Below, piece after piece: positions 1-29,900 of a stretch of DNA of 64,000 nt. Below the pieces are notes generated by a model. That model saw only the letters and a list, made by a program, of their open reading frames with translations, was not told the DNA's origin and made no database searches. The position numbers and the translations under genes are program-made. The stretch's first letter is position 1. Each line of letters starts with the position of its first letter. Origin of the DNA: Mytilus californianus (taxonomy: Eukaryota); the NCBI RefSeq assembly GCF_021869535.1, contig NW_026262679.1:106764001-106828000 (forward strand), read 5' to 3'.

Positions 1-3000
1 CCTCAGATAAATAAGCTTGCATGGATCTCCATAATGCTGTTATATTTCCTGATCCAAATCCTCTGGCTCCAAATCTTTGAATGATCTCAAGGAAAAATGT
101 CTTTTCATCAAACAATGGCTGTGTAAACTTTTGCATTAAATATCTGAAATAGTAAAAAATTAGTATGTCAATCAATGTAAGTAGAGAAGACTTTGTAAGT
201 TGAAAACTTATGTCTTATCTTTTCTAATTTTTCTTTTTCTGACATCAAAATATGTTTAAAGTAGTATCCATGTAATTTAGAGACAAATGATTACAAGCTC
301 CCATTGTGTCAACAATTTATAAATTTTTTAACATTCACCTGACTTATCTTTGTTTTATGTGATTTTTATGTCGGTGTCATCTTAACTCAAATATATACAT
401 TTGGGTAATTGATAGAATGTGTTAAAACCTACCATTTACATGTACATGTCATAACTAGTCGTTTAATTTATTTTGAAGCAGGACTAACTGTAGCAGTATT
501 TCTGTAGATTTTTCATTGTAAGTACTTTTACCTGTCAAGTTTTGTAGTCAATTACTAAAAACCAATCAATAGAGCTAAGCTGTAATTTTTCTATACTCTG
601 TATTAATCATTAAATATCAAAGACCAATCAGCATTAACTTTTTGAAGAGTTATTAATCTACCCAGGCTGATTTTCTTATTGCAGAACTTAGAATGTACAT
701 TGTACACACAAGTTTTAATATCATAATTAAAATACATGTTTAAAATTCAAAAGAACTCATCAGTAAACTTTCATTTTCAACATACACATTGTGTTGGGTT
801 TTTATTTTAAACTAGACGTGTTGAAATGACACACATGGCCCCTGCTCGCAAATTTTCAAAGTCCAAAGCCCATTATTTTGGCAAAAATTAGCTGAGTGAA
901 ACCAAACATAAACTTGATCTGTAACTCATCATAGTAGACTCACATACTAAAAATCAGCTCAATATGTGAAGGTGTTTAGAAAAAAAAGTCTGTATAACTG
1001 TTACTTTCACGAAATTTTCAAAGTCCAAAGCCCGTAATTTCCACAAAAATCGGTGAAGTGGAAACAAATGTGAACTTGATCTGTAACTAATAATCAAAAA
1101 TTAGGTCCAGTCAGTCAAATTGATTAAAAATCTAATATATTCTGGTACCAATGTCTGAAGTTGTCTTCATGACATCAGAAATATTCATGTGGTGCAATAT
1201 GAATAAAAAGATACCAAGATAAATGGTATTCATTTTAAATTGTGCACAGGTGTAAAATCAAATAAACTGTTATCACAGAGATATGTCTCGCCTTTTTGTA
1301 ATTTTGATAATGCAAATGTTGAAATTAAAAAAGGCAATACTTTCACATGTAAGTTATGCAAATATTCAAAGTCGATGAACCATGACTGAAGGTACATGGC
1401 TAAAAAATCTCCATGGAAATGAGATGTGCCAATGCTAATACAACTGCATACCAAATACCATTGACTTATTATAAGTCGTTCCCTTTAAACAAACCTTAAC
1501 ACAAACATTAACTTGTAAACTATGTAAAAGTTTCAAAGTCATTGAACCATGATCAGGGGTGGGGCTATATAATTTCCATGGAAACGATACTTGCCAGCCA
1601 AATTGCAAATGCCAATAAATTTGCATACCAAATATCATTGACTTAACATTAGCAGTTCATCTTAAACTGATATAATCACAAACTACTACATGTAAACTAA
1701 GCAAAAGTTTCAAAGTAGATAGACCATGACTGAGGGGGCGGGACCAAATATTCTCCATGGAAATGAGATGTGCTAATGCTTATACAACTGAACACCAAGT
1801 AACATTTGCCTACCACTAATGGTTCCCCTTGAACTGACCTAATCACAAACTAATACATGTTAACTTAGCAAAATTTTCAAAGTCTATAGACCATGACTAA
1901 GGGGACGGAGCCAAATAATCTCCATGGAAATGAGATATGCCAATGCTTATACAACTGCATACCAAATATCAATGACCTACCACTAGTGGTTCCCCATAAA
2001 TTGACCTAATCACAAACTAATACATGTAAACTATGATAAGTTTCAAAGTCAATAGACCTTGACTGAGGGGACAGGGCCAAATATCCTCCATGGTAATGAG
2101 ATGTGCCAATGCTAATACAACTGCATACCAAATATCATTGACCTACCACTAGTGGTTCACCATGAACTAGACCTAATCACAAACTAATACATTGTTGACC
2201 ACGCCGACGCCGCTGTCGCCGAAAAATCATAATTCTAAATAATTTATAACAATAATCTTGTGTTGATCTCAAGTATTTACTTATCTAAAATTCTAAATGC
2301 ATCATGAATGCTAAGATCAAAAATTATAATTATATAACAGTTGTATTTCTGTGCTATGCCTTTATTGTGTTGTTCTCTGTCTTCTGTCATTATTGTCATT
2401 GTATATTATGTTTTGCTATAACATTATGTTTGCTTAAGCAATAAAATCTTCATTCATTCATTCATTCATTCATACTTGAAGAAATAAAATTGAGAAACTA
2501 CTTAAACTTGAAGATGCTTGACAAAAGTACAAGGATTTCTGTCAAGTCAGGTATCCGTTTCTGTTCCAAGCTTTATGGCTATCAAGACAACATTCCATAT
2601 CAGAAAATGTGCTTTAAAACAAAAGTAAATTTTCTTCTCAGTTTATTATTGCGATAGTAAAGAGTATTATGCAAATGTTAATCCGTTGACATTCCTCACA
2701 TAAAATAATTCACTGTCAGTATACAAGTAAATGTCAGTTTAGGGAATCTATATATAAAGGGGTTGAAAAAATGTAGGGCTGGCTAAATTAAATTTTTGAA
2801 ATATCTGGGCATACAGCTACATACAAACACTGACCTTTGTTCAGAGGAATCAGTATCTGGATCAGCTTCATTGTCAACTAATATTCCATACTTTTTAAGT
2901 ACTTCTACATCCTCATTTATTTCTTCCATTTCCTTCAGTTTTCCAACCTGTTTTAATGAATGGAAAGAAACGGTGTTCTACATTTGGTTTAAAATCTATT

Positions 3001-6000
3001 AATCTATTTTAATGCTTTAATCTGTTTTTGACAAGAATAATATGTTCACCATGTTCACCAACAAGTTGTCAGTATGTAATAAATACAATTATACTAATAT
3101 TTCACTATTTTATCTTTGCATTTTGACCAGGTTCTGGCTATTATCAAATGGCAATAAATGTATATGTATTAGTTCTATACAATATTCATCAAATATTCAG
3201 AGGTATTGTGACACAGTTATCATTGCTGTGAAGAATGAGTAAAATATTCATCAATGAACAATCCAATATTTAAATTTTTGTATTGGCAAGCATGTTAGAA
3301 TATTGTAAATAGACTATTTTTAACAAAAGAAGAATGATATTGTTAGTCTTTACCAACATAAATTATAGAATTTTTTTCTCAATAACTCTTCAAATAATGA
3401 TAATGATGACCAACCATCTTAATATCAAACAATCAAATTACATATAGAATTTTCACCAGGAGATGGGGTACAGACCTGCAGCTTTAGTTTACCCCTCCCC
3501 CTCTTTTCAGCTAAAATAAAAGAGTTCAAGATAATGACTCTATCAAAATCTCACCTCTGTGTAGTAAGTATATGGTGGTTCAACAAAATTGACACCTTGT
3601 TCTTGTAATGTTGAAACAGCATTAACAATACTTTCTGTATGTAAACCAATATGTTGTATACCATCTCCCCTGTGTTCTTCTAAGAAAGTGTCAATCTGAT
3701 TTGGCCCTAGAAATATTAAAAATACTCATTTAGAGTGAACCATTTTCCAAAGTTTCTGAAATCAATTGATAAAGGGGTTGGATGGAATGTTTTTTACTTG
3801 TGAGACCAAAAACAAATCCTAAATTTTATGTCTAAATAATACATAAATACATGCAGTTTGACAAAAAATATTGGAATATTTTAAATGAGAATTTGTACAT
3901 TGACTATTGCATCGTACATTTGTACTAATAAGAATTTGTACGTTGACTATTGCATTGTACATTTGTACGTTGACTATTGCATTGTACATTTGTACTTTAC
4001 CTTGTCCTTCAAGTGCTTCAGCTATTACAAATTTAAGACTGTTATCTGGACCCTGCGAATATAGACCTGTTTCAGCACATTTCCAGTACTCAAAGGCTTT
4101 CAAGCGTATTCCAATATCCTCAGTGTCAATGACAAAGCCGTCATCTATATCTTCATCACTAAAAAAACAAACCGGTACAAGTAAGATGTTAACATGTATC
4201 AACAAATGTTTACTGCTAATAAACAAATGTATCTTAACTTAAAATAACAAGCATTCTGTGAGTATTGCATGGCAATACATAGTCCCCTACCAGTTATAAA
4301 TTCATTGTAATGGAACGAAATTCTAACTTAATCTATAACTTGTCATGGTGTAAACTACATAAAAATATCAAGTCAAAATCTTCAATCATGACGAAAAAAA
4401 CTGTTGAAAACTGATTAATTAAGTGAATTTTCTATGTCAAAAGACCATAACTTTGCACAAATTATCAGACTGGAACAAAATTCCAACTTGATCTGTAACT
4501 TGTCATGATAAAACTATATACTAATTATCAAATCAATATCTTCAAGAATGACAAACAAACCTACCACTAAATTCTTCAAACAATTTACCAAAGAAAAGGA
4601 AAAAAATCCAAAATGTCATTTTGTCTTTTAAAAAATTAGTTATTTCCCTTTGAACAGAAATCTTCTAATTAATAAGTATTTTATCAAAAATTTAATTCTA
4701 GGGAAAGGGCTTTAACTGAACAAAGAGAAAAGCTAAAATCGTGAAAATTGAACTTGACCTGTAACTTGTCATGATAAATCTATAAACCAAATATCAAATC
4801 AATATCTTCAAGCATGAAGAAAAAACGTCTGGAAAACTGATTTGCCAGACTGACAGATGGACAGACAGACGGACAGAGTGCAAACCTAAAGTCCCCTTCG
4901 ACTTCGTCGGTAGGGGACAAAAAACATGTGTACATGAAGCAAACAAGAGAAATAATACAGGGTTTTTTCTAATTTAAACGTTTATTCCTGATTCATATAT
5001 TGCTAAATGCGGACAATCTCTTGATCTTAAATCAATTAATTCATTTCAATGGAAAATATTGATTTTCATTTTACATCACATACGTTTTATGAAACAATAT
5101 GCCCAGGAAATTGAACTTATAATAAAAAAAAAATGATATGGTTGTTTTATGTTTTTTTATTTAGAGGATTAGGTGTTGATTGCAGATCTTCGAGTCTGTT
5201 TAATTTATTCACAACTTTTTAAATTTGAAGTGGTATTATATTTACATCTCACACCTGTCTATTGTTGTAGATTGTATGTTGCCCTCTGTATGTCATTTGG
5301 TAATGTGTTTCATTAACACATACCATTTATCTCCCTTAATTGATGAGTACAAGTATATCAACTTATCCAAGGCAATAACTTATGCAAAGCAAACATTTAC
5401 CATGTGTACTATTTAAAATACACAGTGAACAATCATAACAGATGCTGCTTTCCAAAAAAAAAAAAAAAAAAAAAATTAATGATTAATACATGTATACATG
5501 TATATGGTTGTACATGTAATACATTTGTATATTCAGAAACCCCATACATGTAAATGATGTAATGCATATAATTACAAAAGCAGCTTGCTCTGATTTCATT
5601 TTTTTTACATCTACCACTTATCCACACTTTATGATGTAAACTTAGATACAGTGTCTTAATGTCTTATTCTTCTAAAAAAATATAGTATAATCTAATGGTG
5701 GATAAACTTTTTTTTTGTCAAATTCATTAGGTATTACAATTAATAGTTAGAAAGGTGATTTAGTGATCACAGATACCTCGTCCCAGCAACTCAGAGATCA
5801 TGATTTTGTTAAGTGGTCAAAATATTTTATTAAAATTGCAATCAAATTCTTTCAATCAATTTCAATACCTAGAAACCAAAAAAATTGAATTTTTCCAACA
5901 ATCAAATACCATAACTCTGGAAAAGTAATAATTAAAAAGACATAAATCATAATTAACCTGTCTTTAGTGGTCCAAAACATTCCATTAAAATTTCATTTCA

Positions 6001-9000
6001 ATTTTGAATAAACTGCCTCGCTGAGTGCAGCTGGATACGCCCGCAGAGGTCCAACCCTGAACAGTTGGGGCAAAAATGGACACAATATTCAAGCTTGATA
6101 CAGGTCTGAATTTGGATTGTAATTAAATACTTGACATATTATAGGTTTCTGAATAAATGTAGTCAAAGAACTTGAAATTGGTTATATGAATTGAGTTTAT
6201 ATTCAAATTAAGATTTCTTCTTCTTGTGCAATACACTGTGCTGTTGCTCAATACTTAGTAAATCTGTTGTCAGACTATATTATAAACAAATAAGGTTTAA
6301 TAACTTCTCAATGTTATATCAGAAATTTATAAAAAACTAAAGGGAGGTTATCTTAATAGATATAAATCAGTCATCAAAGTTTAATGAAAACTGCTCTAAG
6401 CACTTAAAGGATATTGTCCAAAAACTGATAAATCCCCTTTTTGTAATGAATAAAACCCCATAAATCGTAAACTTATAGTCTAAAATTTATAAAAATCAAA
6501 AGGGAGCTCATGTCGATAGAAATAAACAATTCACCAAAGTTTCTTGCAAATTGGTGAAATTGTTTTTGAGTTATTGTCCGAAAACTGGAAAATCCCCCCT
6601 TTTTTGATGAATAAAACCCCAAAACTCTGAAACGGTACATCAGAAATTTATAAAAAACGAAAGGGAGCTCACGTCAATAGAAATAAACAATCCACCAAAG
6701 TTTCTTGCAAATTGGTGAAATTGTTTTTAAGTTATTGTCCGAAAACTGGAAAATCACCCCTTTTTTAATGAATAAAACCCCAAAACTCCGAAACAATAAA
6801 TCCGAAATTTACAAAAAACGAAAGGGAGCTCATGTCAATAGATATAAACATTTCATTAAAGTTTCATGCGAATTGGTTAAAGCATTTTTGAGTTATTGTC
6901 CGACATGTTGACGACAGACGGACGGATGGCCAACGGTATACCATAACACGTCCTGTAAACGGGCGTATAAAAACATGAAAAAGGGGTTCTCAATTTATTA
7001 TCTGGGATAAAAAAAAAAATTCCAACAATCAAGTTCCATAACTCTGGACAGGTAAAAATAATAAAAATCAAACTTAACTTGTCTTTAGTTAGTGGTAAAA
7101 AACCTTCCATTTTAATTAATTAATTTCAGATGGGTTTTCTATTAATTATCTGGAAAAGTGTGATGGATGGACGGACAGACCGAAATTTACAAAAAACGAA
7201 AGGGAGCTCATGTCAATAGATATAAACATTTCATTAAAGTTTCATGCGAATTGGTTAAAGCGTTTTTGAGTTATTGTCCGACATGTTGACGACAGACGGA
7301 CGGACGGACAACGGTTTACCATAATACGTCCCGTAAACGGGCGTATAAAAACATGAAAAAGGGGTTCTCAATTTATCATCTGGGATAAAAAAAAAAATTC
7401 TAACAATCAAGTTCCATAACTCTGGACAGGTAAAAATAATAAAAATCAAACTTAACTTGTCTTTAGTTAGTGGTAAAAAACCTTCGATTTTAATTAATTA
7501 ATTTCAGATGGGTTTTCTATTAATTATCTGGAAAAGTGTGATGGATGGACGGACAGACGGATACAATGATTCTTATATACTCCTGATTCTGTCGAGCATA
7601 GGTATAAAAGTGCATCTGTTATATATGAAAAAAAGAAGATGTGGTTTAATTGCCAATAAGACAACTTTCCACCACATAATGTACAAAAAAATAGTATGTT
7701 GAGAGAGTCCAATACCCTCTGCATGTTAAAGAACCCTTGAAAAAACTCTGAGAGAGATCTGTACATTTGCAGGTTGCCTGTTATAAGGTTTAATTTCTGC
7801 TCCTATCCAACATACCCTATTGCCTCAGTGGTATTCCAAATTACCAGTCTTACATTGTAGCTTAATGAATTGTTTAAATTGTTCTTGTTCTGAACGTATA
7901 TTTTTCAGCAAGCAACAATCAATCAATGATTTCAACTGTCATGTACGTATGTGAGCCATCTAGTAACTCAACTTAATTATAAGTTAAAATTCTAAGTTCT
8001 TCTATATTACAACTGTATTGTAACATTTCATCTAGCTTTGAAAAGCACATATTTATTCTTTTTTGCAACATGTGTAATGAAAAAGGCATTTAACTTGCCA
8101 TATTGACTGCAGAGGGGCTCATACAATTTCATGGTGGCAAATACATGTATAACATACATGTTTATAAGATTTAAAATGTACTTTTAAAGACTTGGACAGT
8201 AAATTATACAAATGTGTGTCATTGTATGTTTTGATTTTACACCTCCCTGAAGAATTAGGGTTCTCACAAGGATTTTTGTAGGCAGCAAGTCCAGGGACTC
8301 ACCATTTTTGTCCAGGGGGAATCCAGGAACTCACAATTTTTGCCATGACAATTCACACAGTGTGGAGAAAAATTTTTGAAATTCTTGAAAAAAACTTGTT
8401 TGACATATTTTGATAAATTATTACGATACAAGATATTTTTGCATGGCGTTATCTGTCTTTTCTAATGCTTATCTGTGTTGTGTTTGTCTTTTTTCTATTG
8501 GCAATTGTGTTGATTGGCTTTCTTCAACCTTTGATTTGTATAGCATAGTCCCCTTGATTTTTATTGTTATTCTAAAATTACCTGTTAATATAAAATCTGT
8601 TCATTCCAAGATTGTTCTCATACCATTTTAATACTTTTCCTGAAGCACCAAGAGCACATGCAAATGTTACATGATCAATATGAGTGACTAAAGGATTTTC
8701 ACAGCTACTGCATGGATTGTCCACATCTTCAAAACCTGGTAAAAAGCTTCCCTTATATTTACTGTCATCAACAATAGTATGTATAACATTTCCGATACAA
8801 GACTTAATAATGGCTGTTTCTACTGAACCGTTAATGTCTGAGATCACATTTGGGGGCTTCAATACCTCTCCACCTGCCTGACATACTCTATGTACACAAT
8901 GCTTGACATCTTTGACCTTCAAGGCTATGTTGCTAATTGTGTTCACAAATGTCTTTGGAGCATTTGCAATGTTGACAGCACTGTTTATGCCTAATGATAG

Positions 9001-9246
9001 ATACTGGTTTGAAATATATGGATCTACTAAGTGATCTTCTGTACATGTAATTGCATCAGAAACGTCAAATGTCTTGGGTTGTGTAATCAAAAATTTTGCA
9101 TTTCCAGAACAAAGTACCCACTGATTATGCGATTTGATTGAACGTTTTGCAATCAAAGCAAATTTGTATTTGCTTGTAAGATCTCGAGTTAATTTTTCGC
9201 CGTCACTGACATAAAATTCTGCGTGATGAAGGCTATAACTATCCAT
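1..9246 (-). CDS. HPDL: 4-hydroxyphenylpyruvate dioxygenase-like protein; minus-strand exons 9246-8582, 4158-4001, 3706-3555, 2947-2835, 143-<1 (3' end outside window)
   Basis: Manual splicing gives GT-AG introns with matching phases (2,1,0,2). N-terminus [13 protein letters not shown] aligns with HPDL. The three iron-ligand motifs are present: [23 protein letters not shown]. The C-terminal [33 protein letters not shown] is HPDL-type. Confidence 0.92.
830..2225 (+). repeat. Interspersed composite repeat with about 167-bp internal core repeats (HPDL intron 4)
   Basis: Anchor ccatggaaatgagatgtgccaatgc-like motif recurs at about 1411, 1576, 1755, 1922 and 2089; the element ends in cgccgacgccgc. 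An inverted related copy lies at about 23180-23960. Confidence 0.7.
4240..4922. mobile_element. Non-autonomous HINE/Helentron-like repeat with GACA/GACG microsatellite and terminal hairpin
   Basis: Internal core repeats, gacagatggacagacagacggacag, then agtccccttcgacttcgtcggtaggggac hairpin. Confidence 0.5.
6260..7560. repeat. Core-repeat complex (aaagggagctcatgtcaatagatataaac...) containing a 378-bp direct duplication (about 6802-7179 / 7180-7557)
   Basis: Near-identical text at an offset of 378; ORFs 6877..7110 and 7255..7449 are near-identical translations. Confidence 0.75.
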
Positions 9247-9249
9247 TAT

Positions 9250-9390
9250 AAGCCGGCTTTTTTCTGAAAATAAAATATCGGCTGCTACCGGATGTACTCT
9301 TCTTTTCTATCTCTAAGTCATTTGAATGTTTAGAATATTGAGTTTTCATTGATAATCAAATCTCTGTCATTTCAAAGCTTTCAGGTAAAC
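9250..9390. promoter_or_regulatory. Candidate shared HPDL/ALLC promoter core with an ETS-type site ACCGGATGT at 9287-9295
   Basis: Small CpG-containing patch just upstream of the HPDL ATG. A plus-strand donor (ttcag|gtaaac, 9384/9385) could end a non-coding ALLC exon 1, because the ALLC ATG exon is preceded by an acceptor at 11467. Confidence 0.4.
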
Positions 9391-10494
9391 AAGACTGTGC
9401 CCAGGGGGTTGTTGCATAAATTAATCGAATATTTATTACACCATATATGTAATAGTACTATTTTTATCTCTATTCATGTCGTATTACATATGTCTCTGTA
9501 CTTGTAACCTGATTTGAGGGGACATGAAGATAATACAAATAAAACTTTGGGAGGCTATTTTTTTTTCATTTTCCCCTCCACCACAAATATAAAGTTTTGG
9601 GTGATATTAAGGATCAGTCCTCTCCGTCTGTTGGTCTTTTTATCTATCTGTCTATGTGCCTATTAAGTGCAACCCTTGCGTAACGATTAGACAGACATTG
9701 ATAAACTTTGCACAGTACTTTCTAAAAGATAATCCCTTCACTTCATGTTACAGGGGAGATAATTGAACTAACATTTAATATTGCAATATGTTTAAATTAT
9801 GTTATAATTTTCACAGACCCTATTGAAATCTGCTGCAATGTAAACTTAAGATATTAATTTCCAGAAAAGCACAGTTTTTTTCATTGTTTAACTTTTGACA
9901 AAACTTAATGTTATTGACTTTTCATATTGCAAATCATATATATGTAGCCACTTTTTACTCAATAAGTTATTTTATGCTCTTAAAGCACAATTAAATAGTT
10001 CATTTGTAAAAAGAATGTTATACATTTTATATATAAGATATTTTTTCAAAGTTGAAAGTGATATAAATCAAATATTTATTATTCCAACAGTGGACATTTA
10101 CAAGCAACAATTGTAATTAGATGCATACACAATATAAGCAACAAACATGAGCAGAGGCGTTTTTAGGGGAGGGGCTGCCCCCCCTCCATTTGGAGCTACA
10201 TATATGGTCAATGCATAGAATTTTTACATATCCCACTCCAAACGATGCCTAGTTTGGGGTCCCAGGCCCCCTTTTTCAAAATCCTGGATCTGCATTTGAT
10301 GATACATTCTACAGTATCATATAATGTGACAGATATATGTATGATATTGAATAACATTGATGTGATTAAAAAAAAAACTGTAACCAGTTAATCAATTTGT
10401 TTCGATATATACCTCATGCATGTACAACAGCACTTTGTCATGTTTGTGATCTACTAAAACATAAATGAGCTTTATCTGTATACATACATGTATA

Positions 10495-10701
10495 CTGTGG
10501 ATTCATTATTATTCGTGGGGTACCAATTTTCGTTGATTTCTTGGGTATAGGTGAACCACGAATTTCAAGGTTCGACGAAGTATAAATTCCTAAAGGCTTG
10601 TATGCAGACTTTGGCAAAACCACGAAATCAAATGTCCACGAAAATACTATATTTCCTCAATCCTCGAAAATTGATACCCACGAAAATAAATGAAACCACA
10701 G
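10495..10701. mobile_element. TA-flanked MITE (Tc1/mariner-pogo-like termini)
   Basis: TA|ctgtggattcatt...attcgtggggtaccaattttcg and cgaaaattgatacccacgaaaataaatgaaaccacag|TA form imperfect TIRs with TA on both sides. Confidence 0.65.
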
Positions 10702-11477
10702 TATACTATGGATTCATAATTATTGAGCACAATGCACTAATTAAAAATGTATATTCCTGCTCTCAAAGGAGAGGGGGTATACTGGTTTACGTCTGTCCAT
10801 CCTTCCCTCCATATGTCTATCAGCAGTCCGTCCCATAAAATGTTGGTCACTCTTTTCAAAGGAACTTCCAAACAGATCTTCCGGATATTTTTGTATTAAG
10901 CTTCATGTGAGCATGTTATACTGTGTAATGCATTTTTAGATCTATTGCTCATCTGGTTCTTGTTTACCGATACTTCTATATTTTAACACATAATGACCAT
11001 GTTTGAAATTTTTGTCACCTTTTTCTCGGGAACAAATCAAAGCTTTCTCAAAGTTGGAAAAACCTTCATGTGATTGATTGATTGATTGGTGTTTAACGCC
11101 ACTTTCAACACTATTGTGCTATTACAGAACCTTCATGTGACATGCTATATGTATACTGTGTGATGTGTTTTTACATTCATCATTTATCACTTTCCTATCA
11201 AACTAATACTTAACATGCTTAAAAAGGGGTATCATTATTGAGAAATAGCTCATAGTTCCACTTGTTTTATTAGGTGAAGGTCAACCGCAGATTAAAGTGT
11301 TTGACGAAAACAAATTTCAAGTAGACTGGCATGCAGAATTTCTTCAAACCATGACATTAATTATCTATGAAAGTACAATTTTTCTTAATCGATAAAATTG
11401 ACACCCATGAAAGTAATCTTATCCACAGAAACAACAGTATATTCCTACAAAAAAAATTTACTTACAGATTTTAAAAG

Positions 11478-26984
<15,507 letters not shown>

Positions 26985-29900
26985 TTCACAGTTTTCTCAT
27001 ATTGTCAGGATAACTCGTTTCTGTAAAGTGATTATTTTCTCAGAGTTTTAAATTCATAATTTCTAAGACTGAATCTGCTGTACGTCCTGCTCGCAAGGTT
27101 TTGTTTTCACATCCCCTCCCCTGATTCAGAACTTCCTCAAAGATCAAATTGTATAACACAAGGGGATATTTGCTCAATTTTATCTTCATTGTGAACTTCT
27201 TTACATTACTATAATATCTACTTACCAAAGATGAAACAATCTGTATTTATATGTTCTACATTTTATTACCAAAGAATGAATCAATCCATTTTTATAAATA
27301 CTACATTTTATTCTATAATAGTTAAAATGAATTAAACTTAGTTAGATATATAAACACAAATCTTACATTTTATCACAAAGAATGAAACAATCTATTTTTA
27401 TAAATACTATATTTTATTCTGTAATAGTTAAAATGAATTAAACTTAGTTAAATATATAAACACAAATCCTATATTTTACCCTTTTTCTTTTGACCTTAAA
27501 TGAACCAAGTTGAATATATAAATAGAAATCTTACATTTTATCCTCTCTCTGTTGAACTAAAATGAACTTATTTGAATATAGCAGAAATACTACACTTAGT
27601 TTTCTTTTTAATTGAGTGAAATTGAACTAAGTTTAAAAGTTTTAGAAAATTGTCTTATCATTACAACAATAACTTAGTTATGGTATTGCAGGTGAATGGG
27701 ACACAATTATGTCATTTCATTTACATTGTTCTATGGATATTTAGATTGGAAAAAAAAACACAAAAGAAATGTTTATTACTTTTCCAACTTATATTTTACC
27801 CACATATCCATCTCATCAAGGAACAGTGTGAAAGAAGATAATGTGGATATTTGAAGGAAAACTCCAAATTCTTTTGTGATTTTTTAAAAGCTAAAACTGT
27901 ATCAAAAACATTCAGATGTGAACATGGAGTTATTTTCATTTGTTGGAAACGGTAATGCATTGAGAATTCGTTGTTATATTCATTATATATACTTATCTTT
28001 AGTTTTTTTTGTGAAAGGGAAAAGGGAAGGGGATGTAGCTCTTTGTTCAAATAGATTCCTAAAAAGTTATGTTATTGCTGGTCCCTAATTGACATAATCC
28101 TGGTTTAATATGAATAATTGATATTACATGCACAATTTATAAATTAACTTTGATGCTTTTTTTACATGTGTATAATATATACAGTTGCTTTATATAATCT
28201 ATACCAAATAAATGATCTGCTAGTCTTTTATGATCTGGATTTATTTGTTTTTTTATTGAATTATTGTTACTTATTATTAATTTGTAATAATTGTTTATTA
28301 TAGTCTAATAAATTATAATTCATATTTATTTCATATTGTGAGGCATTTAGTTTAGTTTTTTTTTTACTTTGACTCTCTTTTTTCAACTTGCCAATATTTA
28401 GACATTTACTGAAATAAAGACAATCCCTTTGTTATGAAGTATTATCTTACCTCCTATACATTTCTAGGAATATGATTGGTTAAAAGCAACCTTGTAGAGA
28501 CTGTGTATATTCCATATTGGGTTAGTAGGCGGGGCTTATTTCAATATATGGTTAGTAGTGGTGTTACGTCCTTTATAAAAACAACACGGTGTTGGGGACA
28601 ATCTTATAGGTTTCAACAGACGAAGAAATTGAGGATGAACGATTGAAATAAATTCATAAGACGCATTTAAAGCTAACAAGTTGTTATTGCTGGCATTTGT
28701 TTTTTGTATAGGCCAATGGAAGTAGGTTCTGAATACTAACGGTATTGAAGACTTGATCACTTTGATAGGCCACTAGTCTAAATACCACATGTTAAGATAG
28801 TCGGTAAGATAAATTCGTTACATAGTGTTCTAGTGACCTAATACGATATAGGTCACTAGTGCACTATGTAACTAATGTTATTTGTTTAATCATTTTAATG
28901 AATATCTTGCATCCAAATTATACAGGTGTTTACTGATATCCTTGCAATTGGTCAGTCAAATTTTAGTTTTTACAAATGTCAGGTATTAACATTGATATTC
29001 ATATATGGTAAAATAGCTTGTTTCAGGTGATTCAGGAGTTTTATTAAAGAATTTCTACTTGAGTACTTGAGCAATTTTTTTTTAAATGCAGATCTTCTTA
29101 GTTAGGAATTAACCAGTTGAAAGACAAAGTAAACACATTTGTAAGTTGGAATTTAATGTTTGGATTTCTATTTATTTGCCAGATCTGAATTTATATATGC
29201 ACATGTATTTATATACTTTATTCAAACAAAGCTTTAATCAAACAGTATCATTGTTATAGGCTTGCTGATCGAGATTTCAATGTAAATGTCTAAGAATATG
29301 TTGTATCATTTCAAATTTAAATAAAGGGAAATATGGGTAAGAAGACATCACAATGAAACAAAAAACTGAAATGTCTAGATATCACTGTATGGTCTTTAAT
29401 GGATTTCTACAAATGATGTCATTGCAGGCATAGTTTTTGCTTCATTTATCTAATTTTACATTTATGTGTGTGTAAAAATTCAATTTTAATGAATTTTTCT
29501 TCTATTTAATTGTGAGAAACAGATATAATGTTAGTAACGTCAGGATATTCACTTTTTACTGATATTCAGATGTAAACATTAAGCTACTAAAAAAAAAGAA
29601 TTTTTAAATGTTTGTTCGAAAATATTGGCTCAGGATGGGGTTATTGTAAGCCTAAACAAATACTTATCAACCTTTTTGTCTGTATATTCCCTAAACAATC
29701 AAAGTTTACAAGACAGTATATTTTAAGTGCATTTTGATATCAATTTCATTATCTCCACAGTCTAAACGTTTATTACAAAATTTAATTTCAGTCATTTGGC
29801 ATCTTTTCTTACAAAAATATGTTCAAGCATTTACAACACTTATCACATTTGGATTCATAGATCTTTGAATATGCATAATTATGTAAAATTTCTTTCAGTT

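Noticed and set aside
3819-4226. 135-aa ORF treated as a stand-alone gene
   Set aside because: Only 4158-4001 is exonic (HPDL exon 2); the rest is intron read-through including the 27-bp repeat.
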